A stretch of 64,000 bases of DNA, taken from Gammaproteobacteria bacterium (lineage in GTDB: Bacteria; Pseudomonadota; Gammaproteobacteria; JABCZS01). Below the pieces are notes generated by a model. It had not been told where the DNA came from. It did no database searches and saw nothing but the letters and a program-made list of their open reading frames with translations. Positions 11,601-20,039 of the stretch are shown here, piece by piece; the first letter of the stretch is position 1; each line of letters opens with the position of its first letter. The DNA lies in contig JABDAR010000002.1 of assembly GCA_013289085.1 (NCBI GenBank), positions 69,943 to 133,942 of the forward strand, given 5' to 3'. The position numbers were made by a program, and so were the translations under genes.

Positions 11601-14600
11601 CGTCCGGATATTGTTGTACCTACTATAGTTGTTTTACTATTACCATAAATACTTAAAATACTATGCCAGCAGTATTGTAGTATCGCATTTATGGTGAAGC
11701 CATGTGATTTAGCAAATGATTTAATATTTTTATACAAAATTCCCGATATATTTATTTCTTTCTTTTTCCTATCTAAAATATAGGTATAAGTTTTTAAATT
11801 TACTTTGTGTTTTAGTGGTTTTATAAGCCCACCTAAATCGGTATGATCTTCAATTTGGTTTACAGAATCTAGCCAATATGTGGAATCATATGTGTTTTGA
11901 AGATATTTCTGGATCTGTAAATAGCATGTATCTTCAGACTGTGTAATACTCATGTTATTTTTTAAATTTAAATAAGTTTGATGAACATAATCTAATAATA
12001 TAGGCACACTCCATCCATCTAATATAATATGATGATTACTGATGATGCTGGTATACAAAGACAAGGATTGTTTAATTAAATAAATTCTCAATAATCCACC
12101 TTGATCTAATTGGTAATTTTCTTGTCTATCGGCGGCCATTAATTCTCTTATCTTTGTCTCTTGTTCATTCATATTAAAACTTGAAATATCGATGTAATGC
12201 CAGTTAAGTTTTTGACTTTTATCTATCACTTGAACCAGTTCGTCTTCCCAGGAAAATCTAAGTCTTAATCCTGGAAATTTAGCAATTGCATATTCCCAAG
12301 ATTTTTTATATAAATCTGGATTCAATTCATTATGATAGCGATATATCATTTGTATACGATATGCGGTATCTTCTTTCCCTTGATTTATAGCATGATAAAT
12401 AAATCCTTGTTGCAAATTATTTGCTAAGAATATATTACTTACTTCTGTGTTATTTTGAAGTATATCTAAATATTCTGGAGAAATAATATTATCTATATCA
12501 CTGACGGTTAAATAGCTACGCTGTAAATTTACAGTATAATGAATTATCTCCCTTAACCTTTCTAAAAAAATATTGGAAAATTTACTTAAATTGTCTTGAC
12601 TTAACTTGGCACTTATATCAAAAATTAATTTACCATCACTGATATATCCATTTGCTTCGATGATATTTGAATCTTTATTTTCTAATGAAACAGCGATTCC
12701 ACTGGATTCAGAAGTTATATTTTCAAACTGCCCAAGATAATTAAAAACAATACAAGGTAATTTACTATAACCATATAATGCACCAAATCCTATACCTTTA
12801 TTGGGCAATAATCTTAAATGTTCTTTAGTTGCAATAATAGATTTTGATAAGTCTCCATGTGCAGTCAAGCAAATTGGAAACATCGTTGTAAACCAACCTA
12901 CAGTATGATTGATATCAATATCATTCACGATAGCCTCACGACCATGTCCTTCTAAAGTAATATAATTGATAGAGCAACCTGTCAGTTCAACTAAAGATAA
13001 ATTAAAAGCAGTTAATAATAAATCGTTGATTTCGGTGTTAAATGCTATATGGCTATCAGATAATAGTTTACGAGTATAGTTTTTATCTAATTCGATTATA
13101 ATATTTTTATCTACATTTTTATTTTCTATTAAATTTGTAAGATGCTTATTATATTTATTTACTTCTTGAATCATCTGTTTCCAATATTTATTTTCTGCTG
13201 TGTGCTTCTGCGGATACTCATTAACAACATTTATCCATTGGCGATAACTTGTGCCTTTATAACCTAATATCGTCTCAACATTATTTGAAGTCTCCGACTC
13301 TAAGTGAGAATAAATTTCCATCAGATCAGCTGATAATATTCTCCAGCTGACCGAATCGATAATGAGATGATGTGCAGCAATAAATATTCTAGCACTTCCA
13401 TCTTTGTAACCATTTATATAGCCAAAGCTATAAAGTGGTTCATCCCCCATTAACTCAAAATGGCTTTGCCAACCTGTTAATATTACATCTAAATCTTTTG
13501 AATTTTCCAAAGTATTTAAATCTAAAATATGTAATTTTGGTACATTTATTTTTACATTATAAAACTGTACAATTCCTAATTTTTTAGTTTTTTTATAATT
13601 AATTCTCAGTGCATCATGATATTCTACCAATTTAACTAAACTAGATTTCAATAATTCACAATTTAATTCTTTTGTTTTAATTAAAAATGATTGATTCCAA
13701 TGTCCAGGCTTATTGAATTCTCCATGCATAATATGATCAAAAAACCATTTTTGGATAGGTAGGAATTTTAAATCCCCATTCAAAACTCCTTCTTCTCGTA
13801 TTATGTGTGCCTTTTTAGTATTCAATAATTGGGAGGCAATAATATTTTTATACAAATTATCGATGGTTTTATAATTGAAAATATCTTTAATATTAACATG
13901 CAATCCTAAATGTTGTCGTAAACGACTTACTAATTGAATGCTTTTAATACTATCTCCACCCAATTTAAAAAAATCATCATTAATACTTAATTTACCTTCA
14001 TCAATGCTCAATACAGCAGACCAAATTTTCACTAATTTCTTTTCAATCTCTGTATTCGGAGCCACATATGTTTCATCATTTGTGAACTCTGGAATAGGTA
14101 ATGCCTTGCGATCTAATTTTCCATTAATAGTCAGAGGGAACTTATCTAACTGTACTAATGCCGCTGGCATCATATAATTCGGAAAATAATTAGATAAATA
14201 TTTAGTTAATGCATCTTTATCTAGTTGATTTTCTGCGACATAATAACCTACTAAGTATTTGTCTTGTGAACCTTGTACCAATACAACTGTTTGCCGAATA
14301 CCTGAATAATTTAAAATTCTTGTCTCTATTTCTTCTAGTTCTATTCTGAATCCTCTGATTTTTACTTGAAAATCAACTCTGCCTATATATTCTATATTTC
14401 CATCCAGCAAATAACGAACTAGATCTCCTGTTTTATATAATTTAGTGTTTTCTTGAAATGGATTAGGTACAAATTTTTGTGCAGTTAATTCAGGATTATT
14501 TAAGTAACCCCTTGAAATACCAGCACCACCTACATATAGTTCTCCTATGCCTCCTAATGGACTTGGCTTTAAACTGGAATCTAAAATATATGCAGATCGA

Positions 14601-17600
14601 TTATTAATAGGCTTACCAATGGGAACGGAATTTCTAGCTTTCAACGCATTAGCATCTACTTCCATCGTACAACTAAAAGTTGTATTTTCTGTAGGACCAT
14701 AACCATTAATAAAATGTTTTGGCCTATTTTTGGAGTTTACAAGTTCATTAATTATTTTATAATTTAATGCTTCGCCGCCCACCAACAAATATTTGAGAGA
14801 ACGAAACAATTCATTATTTTGGAGATATAATTCGTCAAATAAGGTTTTTGTTAACCATAATATAGAGATAGCATTTGATTCAATTGTTTTCCTAAATAAA
14901 GAAATATCCGCGACCAAACCTAATGTTTCTGAAGGAATATAAAGTTTAGCGCCATTGAGAATTGCTCCCCATATTTCAAATGTAGCTGCATCAAAAACCG
15001 TATCTGCTAATTGTAAAATACAATCAGATTCTGAAATATCCACATATGTTATACCTTTTACAAGAGAAACAACCCCTACATGATTTACCATTACTCCTTT
15101 AGGTTTTCCTGTGGTCCCGGATGTATATATAACGTATGCTAAATTATTGGGTGTGACAATCTTAGATGGATTTAAAGTACTTCTATTCAATAATAATTTT
15201 TCAATCGATTGCCCATCCACGTTGAGTATATTATTTTTATTGGTTATTAATACCTTTGCTTTCATATCTGATAGCATATATTTTATTCTATCAGCAGGGT
15301 AACCAGGATCCATTGGCACGTAAGCAGCCCCAGCTTTAAGCACGCCTAAAATAGCTATAATCATTGTCTCATTTTTATCTAAACACAACGCACATAAATC
15401 ATCTCCTTGAATTTTATATTGATCTCTTAAATAATGAGCAAATTGATTGGCTTTATGATTCAGCTGTTTGTAGGTCAAAGTAGTATCTTGACACACTATT
15501 GCTATATTATTAGGCGTCTTTTTTACCTGATCTTCAAAAATCTGATGAATAGTTTTATTTATTGGAAAGTTTTTAAAAGTATTATTCCAATCTAAAACTA
15601 TTTTATGATAATCCTTAATATCCAAATAATTTAACTGATTTATTTTGATGGTTGAATTCGTATTGAGCTGAGATAATTGTTTTAAGATAAATTTAAAGGT
15701 ATTTATAAATTTTTTAATGGTATTAAGATCATACAAACTGGCCGCATATTCCATCTGAGCATAAAGATTTTCTGTGCTATCGTCAATCATTGTAGTAATA
15801 TCAAATCTAGCAATATTATCCTCTAATTTATACTCCTCCACTCCTGGCAAATAATCATTTCCAAAATTTTGAACTCCAAAAACATTTTGAAAAACTGGAT
15901 TTCTACTTGTATCTTTTTCTAAAGATAATGCAGCAACTAATTTCTCAAAAGGTAAATCTTGATATAATTGTGCCTCTTGGACATTTTTTCCGACCGCTTG
16001 TATATATGAAATGAGATATTCAGTTGGATCAATATTAGATCTTAATACCAAGGTATTAACGAAAAAACCAATTAAATTTTCAATACCAGAATAATGTCTG
16101 TTGGCAACAGGCGTGCCAATAACGATATCATTTTGATTTGAGTAAGATCTTAAAAATAAATAATACCCACTTAACAATACGCTGTATAAGCTTACTTTTA
16201 AATCTTTAGCTAATCTTCGCAGTTGTGATGATGTTCGTTTACCTAGGTTAAATGAAACGCGTCCACCCTTGTAGTCTATAATTTTAGGACGTATTTTATC
16301 TATAGGCATATTTAACAATTCAAAGCCTGTTAATTGGTCTTTCCAATACGCTAACTGTCTAGATAATACTTCTCCTGACAAATATTTTTTTTGCCATATT
16401 GCAAAATCTTTATATTGAATATACAATTCTGGCAAATTTGTATTTGAGCTATAATACTTTGATAATTCTTCTAAAAATATGTCATTCGACCATCCGTCAA
16501 ATGCAATATGATGAATGACTATACTTAAATAGAGTTCTTGCGTTTCTTTTACTTCATAATAAGAAACTTGTATTGGATATTCATTAGATAAATTATAGAC
16601 ATGATTTATATCTTTTGATAACAATTGGTCAAGATCCGATTTTTTCTCTACCTTTATAGTTGTGATCGGTAATTCTTTTTCTTCTAAAGTACATACTTTT
16701 TGATAAGGTTTTCCATCATGATCTAAAATAAGAGTTCTTAAAATCTCATGACGTTCAACAATTTTTAAAATGCTTTTAGTCAGTTTAGTTTTATCAAGTC
16801 CAGATATTTTTAGTATTATAGGGATATTATATGCACCACTTCCCTGTTCATAAGACTCTATAAACCACAATCGTTCTTGGGCAAAAGAAAGCTCTTGTTG
16901 TGCTTCATTTGCAAATACATGTTTTTTTATTACAAAATTTTCAGATTTATTTCCTAATAAAGAAGCTATTCTACTAATGTTTGTATGAGTCAAGATATCC
17001 CGCATACTTAAATTAACCCCTGAACTCTTCAGCTGATTCAAGAGCTTAATTGCTGTAATACTATTTCCTCCCAATCCATAAAAATCATCATTGATACCAA
17101 TTTTGTCTTTATTAATTCCCAAAACTTCTGACCATATTTTTACTAATTTTATTTCAATTTTGGAGCATGGCGCAACATATGTATCTATATGAGAAAATTC
17201 AACTACAGGTAACGCTTTGCGGTCTAACTTGCCATTTATAGTTAATGGCAATTTTTCAAGTTTCATGAAAGCTACGGGAACCATGTATTCTGGTAATGAT
17301 TTGGATAAATATTTTTTTAGTGACTCATTATCTAATTCTTGATCTGATACATAGTAACCTACTAGACACTTATTTTGCTGCTCTTGAACTCCGATTGCCG
17401 CCTGCTTAACACCGGGATAACCTGCAAGTGTTGTTTCTATTTCTCCTAGCTCAACTCTATAACCTCTAATTTTAATTTGTAAATCTACTCTTCCTATAAA
17501 TTCAATATTACCATCCGGTAAATAATAGGCTAAATCACCTGTTTTATACATACGTTCATTGGGCTCAAATGGGTTGGCAATAAACTTTTGTGCAGTTAAC

Positions 17601-18712
17601 TCTGGTTGATTTAAATATCCTCTTGCAAGCCCAATTCCACCTATAAACAATTCACCTTGTTCACCTATAGGTACAGGATTTAAATGTGAATTAAGAATGT
17701 ATATTTTGGTATTAGCAAGTGGACGCCCTATATGAATTAATTGATTAGCTTTTACCGCTGTAATAGTTGAGCCGATGCAAGTCTCAGTCGGTCCATAACA
17801 ATTCAACACTGTGCCAGGTGTATCTAAATGCTTCAGATATTGTTCTCCACCTAAAAAAAGGAGATTAATTTTAGATAGCACTTCTTTACTTAGATTTGAT
17901 ACATAAGATGGAGTAGTATCTAACCAATTAATTTTATTTTTTATAATATAAGATTCTATAAATGGAATATTAAGTAAATATTCTTTAGCAACTATATGTA
18001 GCTGTGAACCCAAAAGTAAACTAATGAAAATATGCTCCACAGACACATCAAATACATACTCTGCAGTCAATAATGATCGTGGATTCTTGAACTTAAAATT
18101 AGATAACTGAAAGGTGATTTCATTAACCAGACTTTTATGCTCAATCATAACCCCTTTGGGAGTGCCGGTTGTGCCTGAAGTGTAAATTACATAAGCAATA
18201 TTGTCAGGATTATTATTTTTGATTGGATTAGTATTTTTATAATCTTTTAATGATTTTTCAGTCTTCTGATCATCTATTGTTAACGATTTATTTTTAGCAA
18301 ATCTTTTCTGATAGATTGCATTTGTAATTAAAACTTTAGCTTTAGTATCAGAAAGCATATAATCAATTCTATCCTGCGGATAACTCGGTGCAATCGGCAC
18401 ATATGCCGCGCCAGATTTAAGCACGCCTAATATTGCAATCAGCATTTTTTCACTTCTATCTAAACAAAGCGCAATCAAATCATCACCTTTAATCTGATAA
18501 GTTTGTCTTAAATAGTGGGCTAATTGATTGGCTTTTTGGTTGAGTTGTTGATAGGTTAATTGAATATTGCCAAAAACTACTGCAATATTATCAGGTGTTT
18601 TTAATACTTGTTCTTCAAATAATTGTTGAATTGTTTTATCTGGAAAGGGAGCTTTGGTTTGATTCCATTCATAAATTATTTTATTAAAATCTTTTGGATT
18701 AAGCGAAGCCAT
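8684..18712 (-). CDS. trimodular non-ribosomal peptide synthetase, A-T-C-A-T-E-C-A-T-TE
   Basis: 3342-aa ORF. It contains three full sets of adenylation core motifs (LTYxxL, YTSGTTGxPKG, NxYGPTE, GELxIGG, YKTGD, KIRGxRIELxE, NGKxDRxAL). It has three carrier motifs (GGNS, GGDS, GGNS), three HHxxxD(G) condensation/epimerization motifs, and a C-terminal GWSLGG thioesterase. Confidence 0.95.
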   Translation of the reverse strand: MASLNPKDFNKIIYEWNQTKAPFPDKTIQQLFEEQVLKTPDNIAVVFGNIQLTYQQLNQKANQLAHYLRQTYQIKGDDLIALCLDRSEKMLIAILGVLKSGAAYVPIAPSYPQDRIDYMLSDTKAKVLITNAIYQKRFAKNKSLTIDDQKTEKSLKDYKNTNPIKNNNPDNIAYVIYTSGTTGTPKGVMIEHKSLVNEITFQLSNFKFKNPRSLLTAEYVFDVSVEHIFISLLLGSQLHIVAKEYLLNIPFIESYIIKNKINWLDTTPSYVSNLSKEVLSKINLLFLGGEQYLKHLDTPGTVLNCYGPTETCIGSTITAVKANQLIHIGRPLANTKIYILNSHLNPVPIGEQGELFIGGIGLARGYLNQPELTAQKFIANPFEPNERMYKTGDLAYYLPDGNIEFIGRVDLQIKIRGYRVELGEIETTLAGYPGVKQAAIGVQEQQNKCLVGYYVSDQELDNESLKKYLSKSLPEYMVPVAFMKLEKLPLTINGKLDRKALPVVEFSHIDTYVAPCSKIEIKLVKIWSEVLGINKDKIGINDDFYGLGGNSITAIKLLNQLKSSGVNLSMRDILTHTNISRIASLLGNKSENFVIKKHVFANEAQQELSFAQERLWFIESYEQGSGAYNIPIILKISGLDKTKLTKSILKIVERHEILRTLILDHDGKPYQKVCTLEEKELPITTIKVEKKSDLDQLLSKDINHVYNLSNEYPIQVSYYEVKETQELYLSIVIHHIAFDGWSNDIFLEELSKYYSSNTNLPELYIQYKDFAIWQKKYLSGEVLSRQLAYWKDQLTGFELLNMPIDKIRPKIIDYKGGRVSFNLGKRTSSQLRRLAKDLKVSLYSVLLSGYYLFLRSYSNQNDIVIGTPVANRHYSGIENLIGFFVNTLVLRSNIDPTEYLISYIQAVGKNVQEAQLYQDLPFEKLVAALSLEKDTSRNPVFQNVFGVQNFGNDYLPGVEEYKLEDNIARFDITTMIDDSTENLYAQMEYAASLYDLNTIKKFINTFKFILKQLSQLNTNSTIKINQLNYLDIKDYHKIVLDWNNTFKNFPINKTIHQIFEDQVKKTPNNIAIVCQDTTLTYKQLNHKANQFAHYLRDQYKIQGDDLCALCLDKNETMIIAILGVLKAGAAYVPMDPGYPADRIKYMLSDMKAKVLITNKNNILNVDGQSIEKLLLNRSTLNPSKIVTPNNLAYVIYTSGTTGKPKGVMVNHVGVVSLVKGITYVDISESDCILQLADTVFDAATFEIWGAILNGAKLYIPSETLGLVADISLFRKTIESNAISILWLTKTLFDELYLQNNELFRSLKYLLVGGEALNYKIINELVNSKNRPKHFINGYGPTENTTFSCTMEVDANALKARNSVPIGKPINNRSAYILDSSLKPSPLGGIGELYVGGAGISRGYLNNPELTAQKFVPNPFQENTKLYKTGDLVRYLLDGNIEYIGRVDFQVKIRGFRIELEEIETRILNYSGIRQTVVLVQGSQDKYLVGYYVAENQLDKDALTKYLSNYFPNYMMPAALVQLDKFPLTINGKLDRKALPIPEFTNDETYVAPNTEIEKKLVKIWSAVLSIDEGKLSINDDFFKLGGDSIKSIQLVSRLRQHLGLHVNIKDIFNYKTIDNLYKNIIASQLLNTKKAHIIREEGVLNGDLKFLPIQKWFFDHIMHGEFNKPGHWNQSFLIKTKELNCELLKSSLVKLVEYHDALRINYKKTKKLGIVQFYNVKINVPKLHILDLNTLENSKDLDVILTGWQSHFELMGDEPLYSFGYINGYKDGSARIFIAAHHLIIDSVSWRILSADLMEIYSHLESETSNNVETILGYKGTSYRQWINVVNEYPQKHTAENKYWKQMIQEVNKYNKHLTNLIENKNVDKNIIIELDKNYTRKLLSDSHIAFNTEINDLLLTAFNLSLVELTGCSINYITLEGHGREAIVNDIDINHTVGWFTTMFPICLTAHGDLSKSIIATKEHLRLLPNKGIGFGALYGYSKLPCIVFNYLGQFENITSESSGIAVSLENKDSNIIEANGYISDGKLIFDISAKLSQDNLSKFSNIFLERLREIIHYTVNLQRSYLTVSDIDNIISPEYLDILQNNTEVSNIFLANNLQQGFIYHAINQGKEDTAYRIQMIYRYHNELNPDLYKKSWEYAIAKFPGLRLRFSWEDELVQVIDKSQKLNWHYIDISSFNMNEQETKIRELMAADRQENYQLDQGGLLRIYLIKQSLSLYTSIISNHHIILDGWSVPILLDYVHQTYLNLKNNMSITQSEDTCYLQIQKYLQNTYDSTYWLDSVNQIEDHTDLGGLIKPLKHKVNLKTYTYILDRKKKEINISGILYKNIKSFAKSHGFTINAILQYCWHSILSIYGNSKTTIVGTTISGRNLPIDNIEQSVGLYINTLPLIVNHEEAKTIFEMISSIQISLNEMSAHGNMNLAKLQKDGQRLFESLLVFENYPDQNAKMNGLNVNFETIVEDIDYPLCLTAMENKEKIILEIEYAGELFSKNTIKDLLDTINLIIKQVIENPKQLHVNINYLLPKYYKKIIYDWNETDKKYPKNKTIHQLFEEQVKKTPNNIAVVYGDVKLTYQELNHKANQLAHHLRKTYKIKGDDPVALCLDRSDKMLIAILGVLKSGGAYVPMDPEYPDDRVKYILSDIKTKATITNKNNVLSINDKSIEKLLLKQSISNPELNISSKNLAYIIYTSGTTGKPKGVMIEHQSVVNEIKFQNDSLNFKNQKTLLTANYVFDAAVEQIFMNLLSGSTLHLVNKETLLDMNLLDSYINKAKITCLNTTPSYISNLSKDALSKIKVIILGGEQYLHPIDTSALVLNSYGPTETTIVSTTTLLKPNEPIHIGCPIANTKVYVLDAQLHPVPIGAIGELYIGGAGLARGYLNNPELTAQKFINNPFEENSRIYKTGDLVRYLPDGNIEYIGRSDFQVKIRGFRIELGEVESVLAHFPNIKQTVVLACGGENKYLVGYYVADQEIDKNDLNQYLSEHLPEYMIPAIFMKIDKLPLTINGKIDRRALPDTEFTSTDKYIAPRSEIEKQLVKIWSEVLDVKEENLGINDDFFKLGGNSILSIKLLSKINHSFNSQLKISDLFVSKTINQLKNKVALTRTYEPTVKLNNTTGKPNLFMIHPGHAGCEVYHDLAERLSDKFSCFGVDSYNLYHTKKINKLTDLAKYYLQSIKRIMEETKQDNYYILGWSLGGVIALEVAALLESEGITNIKIYLLDSVYHYTVDDPEEDNALKKHLLAQGFSQEYVDNILTVSEVDEMLNKQTISCKLHNTKIVLYKALLRDDTYDAYEAIKSADQDVINNIKYNNIDQAVANLTQLSVIQLEQAHHSNILGQIINFDF
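8687..9370 (-). other. NRPS terminal thioesterase domain
   Basis: LFMIHPGHAGCEVY, nucleophile elbow ILGWSLGG (Ser3192), and C-terminal His in QAHHSNIL. Confidence 0.8.
9419..9640 (-). other. NRPS carrier domain 3, Ser3063
   Basis: DDFFKLGGNSILSIKL. Confidence 0.85.
9674..11080 (-). other. NRPS adenylation domain A3 (aa ~2545-3013), paralogous to A1
   Basis: Motifs AYIIYTSGTTGKPKGV, FDAAVEQ, NSYGPTETTIV, GELYIGGAGLARGY and NGKIDRRAL. Specificity residues are D A E N I G S I V K. Confidence 0.85.
11138..12511 (-). other. NRPS condensation domain C2 (DCL-like, follows the E domain)
   Basis: NLQQGFIYH N-terminal motif and SNHHIILDGWS active site (aa 2225-2235). Confidence 0.8.
12518..13795 (-). 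other. NRPS epimerization domain
   Basis: LPIQKWFF, AAHHLIIDSVSWRIL, TLEGHGRE and FNYLGQF are the E-domain core motifs. Confidence 0.85.
13838..14056 (-). other. NRPS carrier domain 2, Ser1588
   Basis: DDFFKLGGDSIKSIQL. The GGDSI variant typically precedes epimerization domains. Confidence 0.85.
14093..15565 (-). other. NRPS adenylation domain A2 (aa ~1050-1540), Val-type pocket
   Basis: Motifs AYVIYTSGTTGKPKGV, FDAATFE, LWLTKTLF, LLVGGEA, NGYGPTENTTF and NGKLDRKAL. The specificity residues D A F W L G G T F K match the canonical Val code as I recall it. Confidence 0.85.
15608..16900 (-). other. NRPS condensation domain C1 (LCL-like)
   Basis: LSFAQERLWFIE N-terminal motif and HHIAFDGWS active site (aa 734-742). 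Confidence 0.8.
16958..17170 (-). other. NRPS carrier (T/PCP) domain 1, Ser551
   Basis: DDFYGLGGNSITAIKL phosphopantetheine attachment motif. Confidence 0.85.
17198..18640 (-). other. NRPS adenylation domain A1 (aa ~25-505)
   Basis: Motifs AYVIYTSGTTGTPKGV, FDVSVEH, NCYGPTETCIG, GELFIGGIGLARGY, YKTGDL, KIRGYRVELGEIE and NGKLDRKAL. Specificity residues read against the GrsA numbering are D V E D F G C I G K. Confidence 0.85.
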
Positions 18713-18713
18713 T

Positions 18714-20030
18714 TCAATCCCTCAACACATGCATCCCCTTCAACACATTAACTGCTTCGTGTAATGGGTAATCAATGAGCTCTTCGCTGTTTTCGTTTTT
18801 ATCTTCATCATTATCCGTTACCACTTGGATTTCATCGATCTCTTGCACATTTGCATTATCTAAATGATTAGTCAAATGGGCTTCTCTTGTTTCTTCATAA
18901 ATGACTTCTTCTTTAATTTTTGTGGCTTTGATGTCTTCTAAAATAACATCGGGAACTATACCTTCTGCTTGGATGGAATGTCCTGCAGGTGTGTAATATA
19001 ACGCTGTGGTTAATTTTACAGCGCCATCATTACCAATGGGTAATACTGTTTGCACAGAACCTTTGCCAAAACTTTTCTCGCCCATAATGACTGCGCGTTT
19101 ATGATCTTGTAATGCGCCGGCTACAATTTCTGATGCGGACGCTGAACCGCCATTGACCAATACTACGATGGGTACGCCTTCTAGTAAATCACGGCCATTG
19201 GCTTTTTCTTTCATTTCACTTTCAGGTGCGCGACCTCTGGTAGATACTATGACTCTGTCATAATCTAATGTTCTGCTGTCTAAAAATACATTGGAAACGG
19301 ATACGGCTGAATCTAAGACACCGCCAGGATTATTACGTAAATCTAGTACTACACCGTATAATTGATTGTTAGAGGCGAGTTTAATTTCTTCAATGGCTTT
19401 TAATACATCTTTTATAGTTTGATCTTGGAAGTGGCTGACCCGCAGATAAGCATAATGAGGTTCTAACATTTCATAGCGAACACTTTCAACTTTAATGATA
19501 TCACGTGTCAGATCTTTGACGATGGGTAATGAAGCACCTTCACGCACGATGGTTAACTTTACCCTTGATCCTTTATCGCCACGCATTAAATCAACAGCTT
19601 CACGTAAGGTTAAACCTTTGACTAAGCTATTATCGATTTTTACAATAGTATCGCCTGCTTCAATACCGGCACGTGCCGCTGGGGTATTATCTATTGGACT
19701 AATGACTTTTACAAAACCATCTACCATCGTCACTTCTAAACCTAGGCCGCCAAATTTTCCGGCAGTACTGGCGCGCAAGTCGTTAAAATCTTCTTTATCT
19801 AAATAAGCAGAATGAGGATCTAGACCTGACAACATGCCGCTAATCGCATAATCAATTAATTCCGCATCGGAAACAGGTTCGACATAATATTGGCGAATTT
19901 CCTCGATAACATAAGTAAATTTTCTGAGCTCTTCTACCGGTAATTGTTCATCGGCTAGCGCTTGTGCCATAAATAAATAGCTCAAAACTATAATAGAGCT
20001 CAACCGTAAAAAATGTTTCGATGCTAGCAT
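18714..20030 (-). CDS. ctpA: S41-family carboxyl-terminal processing protease
   Basis: 438 aa with a signal peptide, a PDZ-like region (AARAGIEAGDTIVKID) and the catalytic motif GGSASASEIVAGALQD. Confidence 0.9.
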   Translation of the reverse strand: MLASKHFLRLSSIIVLSYLFMAQALADEQLPVEELRKFTYVIEEIRQYYVEPVSDAELIDYAISGMLSGLDPHSAYLDKEDFNDLRASTAGKFGGLGLEVTMVDGFVKVISPIDNTPAARAGIEAGDTIVKIDNSLVKGLTLREAVDLMRGDKGSRVKLTIVREGASLPIVKDLTRDIIKVESVRYEMLEPHYAYLRVSHFQDQTIKDVLKAIEEIKLASNNQLYGVVLDLRNNPGGVLDSAVSVSNVFLDSRTLDYDRVIVSTRGRAPESEMKEKANGRDLLEGVPIVVLVNGGSASASEIVAGALQDHKRAVIMGEKSFGKGSVQTVLPIGNDGAVKLTTALYYTPAGHSIQAEGIVPDVILEDIKATKIKEEVIYEETREAHLTNHLDNANVQEIDEIQVVTDNDEDKNENSEELIDYPLHEAVNVLKGMHVLRD

Positions 20031-20039
20031 AAAAAACCC

